A stretch of 64,000 nucleotides of DNA from Antedon mediterranea (taxonomy: Eukaryota > Animalia > Echinodermata). The stretch covers positions 21,461,045-21,525,044 of the forward strand of contig NC_092680.1 of assembly GCF_964355755.1 (NCBI RefSeq). The letters run 5' to 3'. Below the pieces are notes generated by a model. The model had not been told where the DNA came from. It saw nothing but the letters and a program-made list of their open reading frames with translations, and searched no databases. The translations under genes and the position numbers were made by a program. Shown here in pieces: positions 26,923 to 39,580 of this stretch; position 1 is the first letter of the stretch, and the number at the start of each line of letters is the position of its first letter.

Positions 26923-27676
26923 GCGAATAATAATAATGTATGTAATGTAATGTACAGCATATAGTTACCTTACCTTCTTTCTTTTCAGGAAAATCTCCCT
27001 GGTCTCACACTAAACTTACTTCGTCTTTAAAATGCAATATCCACTTATTATCGTCACATGAATAATACCCAAGAATGACGTAATGTGAAGAATGTACGTC
27101 TTACTACTGTACATAGTATAGGGGTTTCAGTCGGCAGTCGAAAACGTAGAGGGCATGGTTGAGCAAGAGGTCAACATTATGGTAACCTTTATCATCAAAG
27201 TATCTCTCCAAAGTCATCATCATCTTAATCCTTATTTATGATTAATTCATTTTGATTTAAAAAAAAAATCTTTAATGTAGACTTTTGACCCTATACAAAT
27301 TGTTTCTATATTTCACATGTGGTTTACACTTTGACCTATTAAAATATGACTGATCTTTTTTAATGATGGAAAACAATTTATTGAGTATATACCACAGAAA
27401 ACACGTCGAGTGAGTCAGTGGCGATGAGTCACATTCTATTTATAGAACTTAATTTATTCTCATTTCCAATAAACGAACCTCTCTCATTCATGAATCAAAC
27501 TCACAGACGAATATAGAAACCGCAATACATAAATAACACCACCTACATACGGGTGAAAAAAAGTACAGGATTGAAAGATTAAGGATTCTTCAGGACAACA
27601 TAACCGGTTAAGTACGGGTAACGCGTTTTGTGATGCCTGCCCTAGTGTAACGCTTCTTCCTCACTCTATGACGTGA

Positions 27677-27786
27677 CGCATAAGCGCAACGCAAGTGATC
27701 GATCACAAGCGATGGATCATTGGCATTGGTCAACTCGCTTGCGTTGCACGTACGTCCTTGCGTTGCGTCCTAGTGGGATCCAAGCT
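27677..27786. mobile_element. MITE family A, partial copy
   Basis: The right end CGTCCTTGCGTTGCGTCCTAGTGGGATCCAAGCT is followed by TAA, and the left end is eroded. Confidence 0.7.
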
Positions 27787-29000
27787 TAACTGTAGTTAAT
27801 TATGCGATATAAATAAATGAAATAAAATGTTAGTTTTTATATACTTGCTACCTGACCCTTACCACCATTATACGGTAGTGATGGGACCAAACACATGATG
27901 TTCAGACTTTGCTATATCATATGTTATGATTACCCAGTATAATACTATAGTTTAAGCCTACTTTAATTATTACAATTTCACTAATTTCTCATACTGTAAA
28001 CTATCCAATTTAATTGACTGATTCATTGACTCACGAATCGATTCCATAAAGCACGCCCTCTATAATGATTAGTCGCCTCGTATACTTTTAGTGTGACGTA
28101 CTAAATCTGACTCATTCATCAATATTATTTACTACCGTACTGTGTATATGTACAACATCAAACGTGATTAATACTTACTTGTCCTACAATCAATGTAACA
28201 TAATATCTAAGCCTAATTACTAATGATGACGTCATTACCAGTCATTTACGAATAGGCCTACGTCTGAAACAAATTAAATTACATGTATTTAGTCTTGTAA
28301 CATACAGTGTCCTATTATGCAAATTCGATATTGGTCAACAGGCTAACAATATACACATTGCAGCTTATCTCCTCTCATTGATCTATCCTGTGTGTAAATT
28401 TGGCATTTATAATTAATATTAATCAATACAAACACTCGTGGATTCAAAGATCTTGGCGGATTAGCCTTATAATATATTAATTGATATCTAAATCGTTTCT
28501 AAATAGTAAGTATTCTGTATTGGTTCATAGAGGTTCAACGTAATGTATACGTAGATATTTTTCTTTCCATTTATAGCACATTGATACTGTCAATTGCGAT
28601 TAAAATTAAGTTGATTCACAGATTCTAATTTAAGTATGACTTAATAACGTGAAAGTTGGAACCAATATAATCTTATGATGAGCGCAAATCAAGGCAATTA
28701 CTACCATGTATTAACCTCCCTACGTAATCCGCTAATTACACCCCAATCAAGGTTTGTAATCAACAGCCTAGATTCATCTAATCTTGGATGGAGGAATTAA
28801 TTCAGTATATAACTCGTCTACTATGATTTAATCAAGCTGTAATCACTCCATCCTCCAAGAACACTTTACTATTGTCATGTCGAGAAGAGAAATAAGCAAG
28901 GTCTATCAATTCTATCAGATTCTGATAATTACATCAATTTGCACCTTACTCTAAACTACAATACAGTATTACAATATGGACTACGTATAAATTAGGCCCA

Positions 29001-29071
29001 TGGTTACAGCAGGGATCCCTGGTTACAGCAGGGATCCCTGGTTACAGCTCCCTGGTTACAGCTCCCTGGTT
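29001..29071. repeat. Short TGGTTACAGC-based tandem repeat
   Basis: Four to five copies of (CC)TGGTTACAGC with 14-19 bp spacing. Confidence 0.8.
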
Positions 29072-32000
29072 TACTTGTGTAATTAAATACAAAGTGGATA
29101 TTATGAAGGGGTTATTATTAACGCAGGGGATTTTAAAGGGCTTTTTACTGAGGATGATTTTGATGTTATCAAAAGATACAAAGATATGTTACGATCCTCT
29201 CCTATCCATAATATGGATATAGGTACAGTTAATGAAAAATGTGTGTTAATTTTTTATGGGTTGTGTCTCTCGCGGTCAGTCAGTTTAAGTGTTTGAAATA
29301 AAACCATGCATATAAGAAACGGTTCATAAAGTGCCGATACATAGGCCTGCGTAATGCATGTATATAATAATATATAATATATAATATAATAATAATATAT
29401 ATATATATAATGGCAATCAACAAACACTCGTTAAAATAATTATACTTAAAAATAATATTATAATATAATAAGTTTTAAGTTCCCACACTAAATCTGGGTT
29501 TCAATTTTCACTTTTAAAAACAGACGTTCAGCTGTTACAGGATCAGCGGGTGATGGTCTGTAATTTTCTTTCGTTTTGCCATTTGAATTTGTAAATAAAC
29601 ACATTTAGGAGTCTGTCCTTACCCCATCGGTAGCTGAAGCGTGTCGGGACACGGCTTAAGCGCCTGCTGATCCGTATAATTGATAGAACTATATCATAAA
29701 TGTTGATCCTTCCTTTGATCTTACTTTCTGGCTAAATGGTTCCGAATGAAAGCATCCAACGCGATGGAAATCAACTTGAATACAAACGGAAATGGGGTTT
29801 AAACTTAACCGCCAGTAAAAGCTAAACACAGCAGCAGCTGCAAGACGGCCTCCTATAGGCCATTTATGGGCCAATGCATGCGATATGTATTTACATACAA
29901 TGTAAACAGTTATTATTATTTCAAAAGTGTATGGTAATTATATTGAGTGGCGTTTTCTAAAGTAGGGCACGTTTGGGTCATTTCCCCCACCCTCTGGTAG
30001 GGTCTTTCCATTAATGTGAAAGAGGCCAGAATATCGTTCGAACAGATGACGATATACATGATTATTGATATACATTATCCAACGGTATTTCTAGAGACAA
30101 GTTTTTCGGATGTAACGAGGAAATTAAAAACACTACTGATAATATGATATATTCCATAACGAATACATAGCCACACACATGGCGGCGATACCCATTGGTG
30201 AATACAGACACACGTTGATAAATTTGTTCCCATTTATACAGTAGCTTACGGTATCTGAGTAAAATGTACTGTTTGGCATTCCAATATACCCATTTTATTC
30301 GTTTTAAATAAATTTTAATGTTAGAAAATGCATTAATATGTCTAAAATCTGTCATTCGATTTATTTAAATCAAACTAATTTCTGAATGAAAGCAAAAGTC
30401 CATTAATTAACATAAATGTCCGCTAACATAACATGTGCATCGATGACTCGCAATGCGGGGGCTTATTAATTATATAATATATGACTTATAAATCCCCAAA
30501 ATAAATATACATATTTAAGCATAGAGGCAAAACTACTCAGTGGTTTATTAAGCAACTGTTAGGCCTAATCAATGACAAACTAGAATGATAGGTTGAAAAT
30601 AAAATCGGTAAAAACTGAATGTTTGCCTCTGTCACAATGCGTCAGTTGACCACCGAACTAAAAATGTACCAACCTGGTGCTAAGTTAGCCCATGGAGGAA
30701 TTACAAACTAATACCTCCAGGGTTAACCGAAATCTTCGTCGATAAGCATTCATGCTTAAAACGATTGAGAACGGTAATTCATCCATCCATTAATTATCGT
30801 ATGAAACCGTTGCTTTTAAAATACACCAATGGACTGTCAAATTACACAAAACGAAACCGTTACAATTATGTAGCACACATGTTATGTACAAATATTACAA
30901 TATATAATTTGTTTGTCTGAAATATGTTAAATTGTGAAGTATTTACAAACACATCTGTTTTAAATCAGGCTAGCCATGCTGTTGTAGGTGGGATTAGCTG
31001 CAGGGTGTCTCACAAGGCCACAAGACACAGAGGCCACAAGACACAGGGACCATTGAACATAGTTTAGGCTTACCCCTCTTATCATTACAAGTAATCACAA
31101 GTGTTTATATTTCTCAAACAAACACGTTTATTTATTTATCTGTTTACGTCATGGTTTGGTGTAATGTTCTAAGGTTATTTTTCTCACATTCCGATAAACG
31201 TGTCTACCTACCTACCGATTCCGATAAACGTGTCTACCTACCTACCGGGCCTATACAAGATTGATGGTAGAGGCTGGTCACATTATGGATGAACTCACAC
31301 AGTTCACATTAATGTTGTGTATTCATGTCTTGATTGATTGATTGAGCTCATTCATTTAGATTTGACTCAAGGTACGTCTGTGCATCAAACCAACGGGCTA
31401 TGCTGTTCACACACACACCGTATAAACCTTTTAGTTATAGATTGTTCCATGAATATTTCAATATTTTGTCCAGCATCACAGAAAATGTCCGTATCATCTT
31501 AAGTGGTACTTCTGTATAGAAGGTTAGGTAAGAAGGAAGGGTCTATTATCTGGTGGTAACATCTTATTGTTTGCGGGACGTCGTTTTAACCAAATAGAGT
31601 TTCCTGGCCCAGGACTAGTGAAGCTGTATCGCTCGTTATTTAGGTACAGTAGCCCCTACCGTACCGTAAATCGACTCAAATGATTACAATATTCCATCAG
31701 CTCATTTCTATATTTAAAAAGCAGACAATATAACAGAGACGGTGTTATAAGCACAGTCTAAATATAATTGTATAGAATGTTGTCGCTCGGCATGAAACTC
31801 TCGTGATTACCTGTATGACCATGATAAGTTTCTGCTTGCTACTTTAGGCCTAGGGATAAGGTACAAACATGTGTTATATATCGCTTCCGCTAAGTTATTT
31901 ATTAGCGATCGTTTAGTCTACATGGGCAGGGGGCTTATGTGGAAGGGCTTGATAGGGTCATTCGCCCAAGGTTTTCTTATTAAACAAAAGTTCCTCTTGT

Positions 32001-32379
32001 GAAGTGATCCGAAACTAAACTTATGCTAGCTGTTCCTCGTTCCAAATGGAATTAAATTTCGGCAAAATCTTGTGGTATTTCACCAGAATTGGTCGTAAAA
32101 AAAGAAAACTTAAGCATGTACTTAAAACAACAAATTAGAAAATACTACATTCCCCGGTATAATAACTGTGTGGTGAGTTCATCAGCATTTCAAGTTCTAT
32201 TAATGAATACTGTTAATTACCGGTATTTAACTAAATCATACGTCACCTATTGATTGAGTGACGTCATTAAAGCCTATATTAAATGTCTTCTACGGGCTTC
32301 CCTTATTTTACTCAGAGAGGCTGCCCGCCTTCCCTCAAACGCTCCGTATTTTAACTGAAACATTTTATCCGTGAACGGT

Positions 32380-32508
32380 CCAGCTGAGATAGGCATAGAT
32401 CATGGAGGCCATGGACCAAGGGGCAAGCTGAGATAGGCATAGACCATTGAGGCCATGCATAGACCAAGGGGCCAGCTGAGATAGGCATAGACCATTAAGG
32501 CCATGCAT
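32380..32508. repeat. ~45-49 bp tandem repeat x3
   Basis: AGCTGAGATAGGCATAGA...AGGCCATG recurs three times. Confidence 0.85.
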
Positions 32509-33540
32509 ACGACAGCGATCGAGTCGGCGGTTGACTAGTTTTTATTTTGTATCTGTTTGTTTTTATTTATTTGTGTCTGTTGAATGTCTATCTGTATATT
32601 TTATATCTATTCTATATTATTTATATCTTAAGAGTTTTAAGGCATCCTGTAATTGGCGATTGTTCGCTGTTGGATGTGGTTGAAATAAAAAAAATGAAAT
32701 ATACTAAAATAAAATAAAACATAGAACGCACAGTGTATGAACGAATGCTACCGTTGTAGCCTAAAGGTGTAGTTTCAATCAAATTATTATAGACCAAGTA
32801 ACAAGGGTGACAAACAAACCAGCTTGGCTTTTAATACGCAAATGCTTAAGAATAAATAATCTGTTACTTACGAACACATCCTGTTTACCTAATTATATAA
32901 ATATCTTGTTTTTATAATGCATATTGTAAATAACGATTATTTACACTGATTATTTACACTGCCTTGATACAATATTATGGTAAGTACAACTGACATTTAA
33001 TATAATTGAAATTATTGTTTAAATACAAAACAGTGATAAAAGTGTGGCTCAATCGAAACAAACTATTATATGTAAATTGAGTAAACACACACATAGCCTA
33101 GCGAATGTTCATGTATTCATGCATGACCAGGGGAGAGTGAAATTTCACCAAGCGATACCGGGCCCTACCTGGCAATAGCGGGCCCTTACCTGGCGATAAA
33201 TGCAAAATAGTGAGTATATAGGTATCGTCATCATCGTAGAAATCAGACGTTAGAGCATGCGCGAAGTCTCCGATTGGGTTTATACCGTAGTGGAGATAGA
33301 TACTTAGTAGATGTGACGTCATGGGCCTAATGATCTAATTGACGGACCCACTGCTGCGATCCGTAGCCGGGCTAATAGATCATTTGCAGTTAATCTGTGA
33401 TGCATTAAAGTTAATAGAATAGAAACATTGTTTTATTTTAATTGTCACAGATTCGAACGGAAGTTGGGAATTTGAACAGAATAGACTTATAACCAACCTT
33501 ATTATACATTATTAAAAAAAAATAAATAAAAAATTAAAAA

Positions 33541-33762
33541 AATAGTTAGGGCCTACACCTAATAGTTAGGGCCTACACCTAATAGTTAGGGCCTACACCT
33601 AATAGTTAGGGCCTACACCTAATAATTAGGGCCTACACCTAATAGTTAGGGCCTACACCTAATAGTTAGGGCCTACACCTAATAGTTAGGGCCTACACCT
33701 AATAGTTAGGGCCTACACCTAATAGTTAGGGCCTACACCTAATAGTTAGGGCCTACACCTAA
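33541..33762. repeat. 20-bp minisatellite x11
   Basis: Unit AATAGTTAGGGCCTACACCT, with one variant unit. Confidence 0.97.
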
Positions 33763-35789
33763 AAGTATAGACTTGCTCCAAGTCTGTATTATTTTTTATG
33801 TTAGTCCACCAGTCGACGTTTCCATTTTTGTCTGAAAATACAAGCTCTCCACAAGCCATTATGTGCAAATAAATCATATCTTTTTACCTATATTTATTAG
33901 GCCAAAACTCCGTCTGGAACCCAGACTATACTAAAAGTATATCTGATTATCATAATAGTGGTCTCATGGTTTTCGGTGAAAATTTTGTGACGAATTAAAT
34001 AAAAATACTAATGATTTGCTATTATTGTTTTAATTTGATTATTTGAGACCGTGACAAGATTGAGACTTGAATTGTTTTGTATTGTCAAAAACGTAGGCCT
34101 ACAGCCTTCAGTCGATAACTTGAATCAGCAATCGGCTAATATCGATACTCTCTCATTATAGCGAGAAAGTCTAAAGGGAGATACAGACGTTTGTAAAGTT
34201 TAAAACGTATTAAAAAGCATACATTAACCGTACAATTGTTAATGAATATGAAAGTGTAAAGGTTTAATATTAATTTCGTAGACGAATGGACCTCGAACTT
34301 GTGGCCCAGCCTGAGGTCATTATACCCGCCTCCTGTGACCTAGACTACAGATGCAGGTAGGTGGCTATTGAAGGCCTAATGCTGTGTCAACATCAAATCT
34401 CAATCCTTTACACAAAAAATCACGAATTCTAGGACTATAGCTAAAAGTTGTAGGACCAGAATCACACCATGTCACACAAAGCGATAATGCTGATGCCAGT
34501 GAACCTGACGTATCAGAATTATAAATGTATTCATAATGAGAATTATATTAGTTTATATGAAGGATAAATAAAGAATACAAAATGACGCAGGTACGGTGGC
34601 TTAGATTAGTTAAACGACGACGACAGCAAAGGTCATCTTGTGTATTTCGTTTAGAAATAAAATAACGAGTGACAATTTTGCCCAATGTTGGTTCTAAGCA
34701 GTTATGCCAAAACTACATAAAGTCAAACAAAATCACAGTATATAAAAAAACAGTTGAAATTAAATAAAGCAAAACAAAAATCAAATCAAAAGGCTTCTCA
34801 GCGCAAGTTGGTATTTAGTACTGTTTGAAAACTATCTCAGAGTATTTCGTTTTCAGTTTATATGTAGGCTAATGTATATGTATGAATGATCTCTTGCAGA
34901 GTTTTTTTTAAGATGTAAGGGGAAACTTAATATTTATAAATGAAAATATTTATATATTTAATTTACAAACATAATTGTTTATTTATCAAAATGATTGTTT
35001 TGAAATTAAATAAAGGTGTGTGAACCTCACAAGAGAGAGAGAGAGAGAGAAAAAGAGTATTTTGTTTAATAATAATTGTTTATAATATTAAATACGGTAC
35101 ATTTCGTTAATAGTTAGCCGAAGCAACCAACGTAGGCTTTAAACACATAATCTAATATAATATGGTTTTCCGAGATGTTTCTTGTTTTATTTCGAGAGCT
35201 ATAATATCTACCATTGTTCAACTTTTTCTACTTGGTTCAACGTGATCGAATAGGATATACAATATTTTGATTACACATTCTTCTGTGTTTCTGAATGGCA
35301 CTATTTGGATTATCAAATCTAGGATTTACTAAACGGTAACTTCAAAGAGTTCGAATGAAATTTCAAAGAGTTGTTTAATACTTCTACTATAATAACTAAA
35401 GGATGCGATCATTATTATACACGATGCCTAATTATTGGAGTAATTGTTGCTAGGCTTGTTTTTGAACGGACCACTTGATAACCAGCTCCAGCTGTACGGA
35501 GGAGTAAGCTATTTTATGAATCAATCAGTAATCAACAGACAACATACGATGTAGGTCAAGGCTACGAGAGGGTCATTTGCCGGTGAACATCCTACTGATA
35601 AACTCAATACTAATGCACGACGTAGAAAAAATGCGAACTATAACATTGCAATCTATTATAAATTTAATCCGAAGAACCAACAGTACGAACCATAACATTG
35701 AAATCTATATCAATCCAGTTAAAAATGTAGTCACAAGTGTCCGATGAACTAACAGTATGATATATAAAATGTTGTATAAGTCCATGTAT

Positions 35790-35906
35790 CATTGTCAAAG
35801 GCCCCACCGTGGGGGGCGCCTGTGACTCAAATACTGGATGGGTCGCGAGAATTCTATAAAAAAAAATCATCGGGTCGCGGTCAACAACGGTTGCGGAACG
35901 CTTCAC
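35790..35906. mobile_element. Decayed hAT/Charlie-like MITE remnant
   Basis: Repeated GGGTCGCG followed by CAACGGTTGCGGAACGCTTC resembles Charlie-type subterminal and terminal sequence. Confidence 0.3.
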
Positions 35907-37094
35907 TAATCAACATAGAACGAAAGTAACATTTAACAACCAATGAAAAATATTTCAACAATCAATATTTCAACATTAATCATGACATCATAAGGAACAC
36001 ACTTTCGACAAAATACTGTAGCTGTATTCGTTCATTAAATATCACGGTAGCTGTATTCTAAAATTGTAAGATATGGTATCTGAGAAGGTTACACGAGTTT
36101 TGCATTGTGTCTCCTATCTCAGAATTAAGCCTAAATTGTTATATAGATATATTATATAGACGTGACATCAATTGACCTAATTGTTATATAGATATATTAT
36201 ATAGACGTGACATCAATGGGCCTAATTGTCGATAAATGCTGAATTGCAGATACAGTACAATGTGTTTATTTTGTTAAAATTTGACGCTGTACAAACTTGC
36301 TGTTTAGAAAAAATACAATCGCGTTCTAAGATTGTTTATCGGTAATGTACCCTGTTAAATTGCTTATTACGTAACCCTGTATAGTAGCACCTCCAGAAGC
36401 AATACATTCACTTGTGAAGTTGTGTTGGGAGTTAGCTCGGAACGCCCTTTTTATGTAAATAACCCATTCAGTGTATAAACAACATTCTGCTTGCATTAAT
36501 TGTACAGGTATAGGCCTATTTTACTATAATTAAGTACGGACTTAAATATAAATTTAGTGTACTATTTTTAATGTAATACCATGGACCTGGTAATACTGTA
36601 TTACTTTGTTAATGTTATTTTGTATATATGTTTAATTATCGCGATATAAAATCTATGATTTGTATTCATATAATAGCATTGAGTTTACTAATTAATATGT
36701 AGCATGAGTATGCAACAATATATTTTGTTTTGAATTGTTGAAGTACGAAGGTATTAAATTCAGGGTAATGTAGATTTAAGTAACAGTGGGAACTCTGCCT
36801 GATGACGATATATAAGCGGCCTGCACTTTAGTTAGCACCTTTTAAAAAGAAATAAGTAGGAACTTAATAAGACTTGTGTGTAGCTTATATAGGGTATTGT
36901 TAGGGGTCTATTGAGGCGAATAGAGAACAATTGTATACACTCCCCCAGCTGTTTTAGGTACATAATACATAACCATCACATATGTTAGCCTAGCTTGCCA
37001 GTTGAGTCGTGCAGCTGCCTGCTGAATTGTTGGTTATCTCGTAATGTAATTTCATCCATGGTCATCCTGATATGGTTATCTTCAGTTATCCGAG

Positions 37095-37146
37095 ACTTGA
37101 GCAACCTCGTACACACAAACACGTTTTCATACACACCACATTTATT
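37095..37146 (-). terminator. Probable SoxC polyadenylation signal; implies a 3' UTR of about 37120-38262
   Basis: AATAAA on the - strand (tttatt at 37141-37146) is followed by a GU-rich tract (TGTGGTGTGTATGAAAACGTGTTTGTGTGT). The intervening sequence is U/A-rich, as expected for a 3' UTR. Confidence 0.6.
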
Positions 37147-38262
37147 GCTCCATAAAATATAAGTTTGTCTTCATCATCACAAAATGTTTGCATCATCATT
37201 TCATAGCACACGTCAGCTACTAATAGAACAACTAGAAACACCATGAAACATAACATAAATTTTCTTTTTTCTTTTATTTTTTTTAACTAGAAATTTGTTT
37301 TCTTTATCAAATTCGTATCAAATCAACGGTAGTTCTACTCAAAAATATATTACAGATAATATTTAGATTTATAGTTACAGAGTTTATTTACATGAAATGA
37401 ACACATTCCCATTCCCCCACCCCCAACCTATAAAGCAAGGTTTGAAAACGCTCGACTTATGAAAACGCTCGACTTATGAAAACACAGTATCTGGAAGTTT
37501 AATCAGCACAGGTAATGAATGGATACAAAACTGGAATCATCATTATTATTTTTTTATCAAAAAGGTTTTACGAAAAAAACATAGGGAAGGACATTTGCAT
37601 ATTTTCACCATTAATGTATTGCAGGAGTTACGTAACAAAAATACTAAGTTAAAAATATTAAGTTAAAGTAACAAAACCCAAACCAGTTTATACAGACATT
37701 AAGATTATTAAATATTGTAATATTTTTGTTTGTAGAAATATACGAGTTGCAAAAATACTTTTTGGGAATCATACTGGCCCGCCAGTTACAAGTAATCTGA
37801 TTGGACGAAACTCGTTATCAAGAAATATTATTACAATTATTCTAAAAGGAAATGTGACAACTGTGAAAAAGGCTGTGATTTGCATCCGTAAACAACAGTT
37901 TCAGTTTGGTTTAAAAAGTACATGTACCCAGTTATTAAACATTAATTATTGATCGTTAACACAAAATTAAGATTCAATATAAAAATTGATAAAAATAGTT
38001 TGTTAAAAAAGGGAAGCAGCGAGAGTAATACATAATGATTAAAAAAAATTAACATAAAAAATGATTGCATACAATGATAAATAGCTTTTATGATACAATT
38101 TCCACTGTGTCCTGTAAAAGTTCATGAATTGTGAAGAAGAAGCCGAGGCCACAAGGTTCATCATCAGCAACAAAATATACAAACATTGTCCAAGGCTGTT
38201 GTTAAATTTAGTCCAAACGTGGAATATAATCTTACATAAATATGTCTCTATAAAAAATGAAT

Positions 38263-39315
38263 CTATAATAAACTTGAGTCCAGCCAGTCTACGTTGATCA
38301 GATCGCTCACCTCTGGCGTTGTGTAGTCTGGGAACTCGAAGTGTGTGCTGCCGCTGTCGCATGAATCTAGTGGACTCAGCTCGTCAGAAAGATCTCCAAG
38401 ATTCGTAAGCATGCTGCCTAGATCAAGTGCAGGCCAATCGGCAGCGAATGGATATTCAAGCGAGGTAAAGTTCTGATTATTATCCACCAGGGAAATATGC
38501 TGTTGTTGCTGCTGTTGTTGAAGGTGATGCAATGTTGTATTACTTACAGATAACATTGAAGGAATAGGTTCAAGTTGTTGGATCCTATGCGTCGTCGTGG
38601 TTTGTTGTTGTTGAGAGTAGATTGGTTTTACTGTACAATTGTAATCGTCGTACATACTTGTGTTTTCCATTGGAGAATCCGGATGGCTTCCACAAGGACT
38701 GGGAACTTCAGCTGGTGGCGTCAGTTGATTTGGTGCCAATTCAACAGCTTTGCTTGCACGAATACTATCTCTGAATTTTTTGTCAATTGTTAACCTAAGT
38801 TTAGGTACTCGGTCTTTGCTATGTTGTGATTGTACTGGTTTATTAGCCTTCAACTTTGGCTTAGTTACTCGTCCTTTAGATACAACGTGTCCGTTAGGTT
38901 TTTCAGTAGTAGTTTTAGTAGCTGGTTTCGTTACCTTCTTTCGTGGTCTGTATTTGTACTCTGGGTAGTTGTGCATGTGCAAAAGCCTCAATCGCTCGGC
39001 CTCCTCGATAAATGGTTGTTTCTCCTCCTCGTCCAACGTTTTCCACTTCTTTCCAAGTCGTTTTGAGATTTCAGCGTTGTGCATATCGGGAGCATTCTCC
39101 ATAATCTTTCGTCGCTGAATCTGCGACCAGACCATAAATGCATTCATTGGTCTCTTTATGTGTCCGTTATTTGCTTTCCAATTCGTCTGAACAATATCCT
39201 CAGATATTTTCAAGTTGGAATGAAAAATATCGACATTGCCTTCGCTTTCTGGTGAAGATGGTCCGCTAGAGCTGGAACCGCTCGGAGATAAAAGTGAAGA
39301 CTGCTGTGGAACCAT
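38263..39315 (-). CDS. SoxC: SoxC-group (Sox4/11/12-like) HMG-box transcription factor, single coding exon, 350 aa
   Basis: Uninterrupted ORF starting MVPQQ. The HMG box (~38935-39162) reads [41 protein letters not shown]...YKYRPRKK and contains the SoxC-typical WSQI.RRKI...[10 protein letters not shown]. The C-terminus [29 protein letters not shown] matches the SoxC transactivation domain. Confidence 0.97.
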   Translation of the reverse strand: MVPQQSSLLSPSGSSSSGPSSPESEGNVDIFHSNLKISEDIVQTNWKANNGHIKRPMNAFMVWSQIQRRKIMENAPDMHNAEISKRLGKKWKTLDEEEKQPFIEEAERLRLLHMHNYPEYKYRPRKKVTKPATKTTTEKPNGHVVSKGRVTKPKLKANKPVQSQHSKDRVPKLRLTIDKKFRDSIRASKAVELAPNQLTPPAEVPSPCGSHPDSPMENTSMYDDYNCTVKPIYSQQQQTTTTHRIQQLEPIPSMLSVSNTTLHHLQQQQQQQHISLVDNNQNFTSLEYPFAADWPALDLGSMLTNLGDLSDELSPLDSCDSGSTHFEFPDYTTPEVSDLINVDWLDSSLL

Positions 39316-39486
39316 TTTGTAAATTGTTCAACTGGAATGTATCGTAACTTGCTGGCAAACAGCACAGGTAAAAAAATACAAGTCCGTTGTAAAAGTAAAT
39401 TCCCAAAGAGGTTACAAAAAAACTAAGTTACAACAGAATTCGTATTTCAGAATTCGTTGTTTCAAAGCAATTCGTTGACAAGAAGT

Positions 39487-39580
39487 GACTAAATTACCTA
39501 TGCACACGCGTGTGCTTCATTTTATACCCTTGCTAAGTAAACGGGGGAGGAGCTACGGCGAGCGTAGTCCAATCAGAGAC
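39487..39580 (-). promoter_or_regulatory. SoxC core promoter (TATA box, initiator-like element, CCAAT box)
   Basis: On the - strand, TATAAAA lies at 39520-39526 and an Inr-like TTAGTC at 39487-39492. CCAATCA (+ strand) is at 39569-39575 and a G-rich box near 39543. This is ~175-260 bp upstream of the ATG. Confidence 0.7.

Noticed and set aside
33541-33762. Interstitial telomere (TTAGGG)
   Set aside because: TTAGGG occurs once per 20-bp unit, not as tandem hexamers.
38039-39066. Short ORFs overlapping or antisense to SoxC
   Set aside because: They are shadow frames of the SoxC CDS and UTR with no recognisable motifs.
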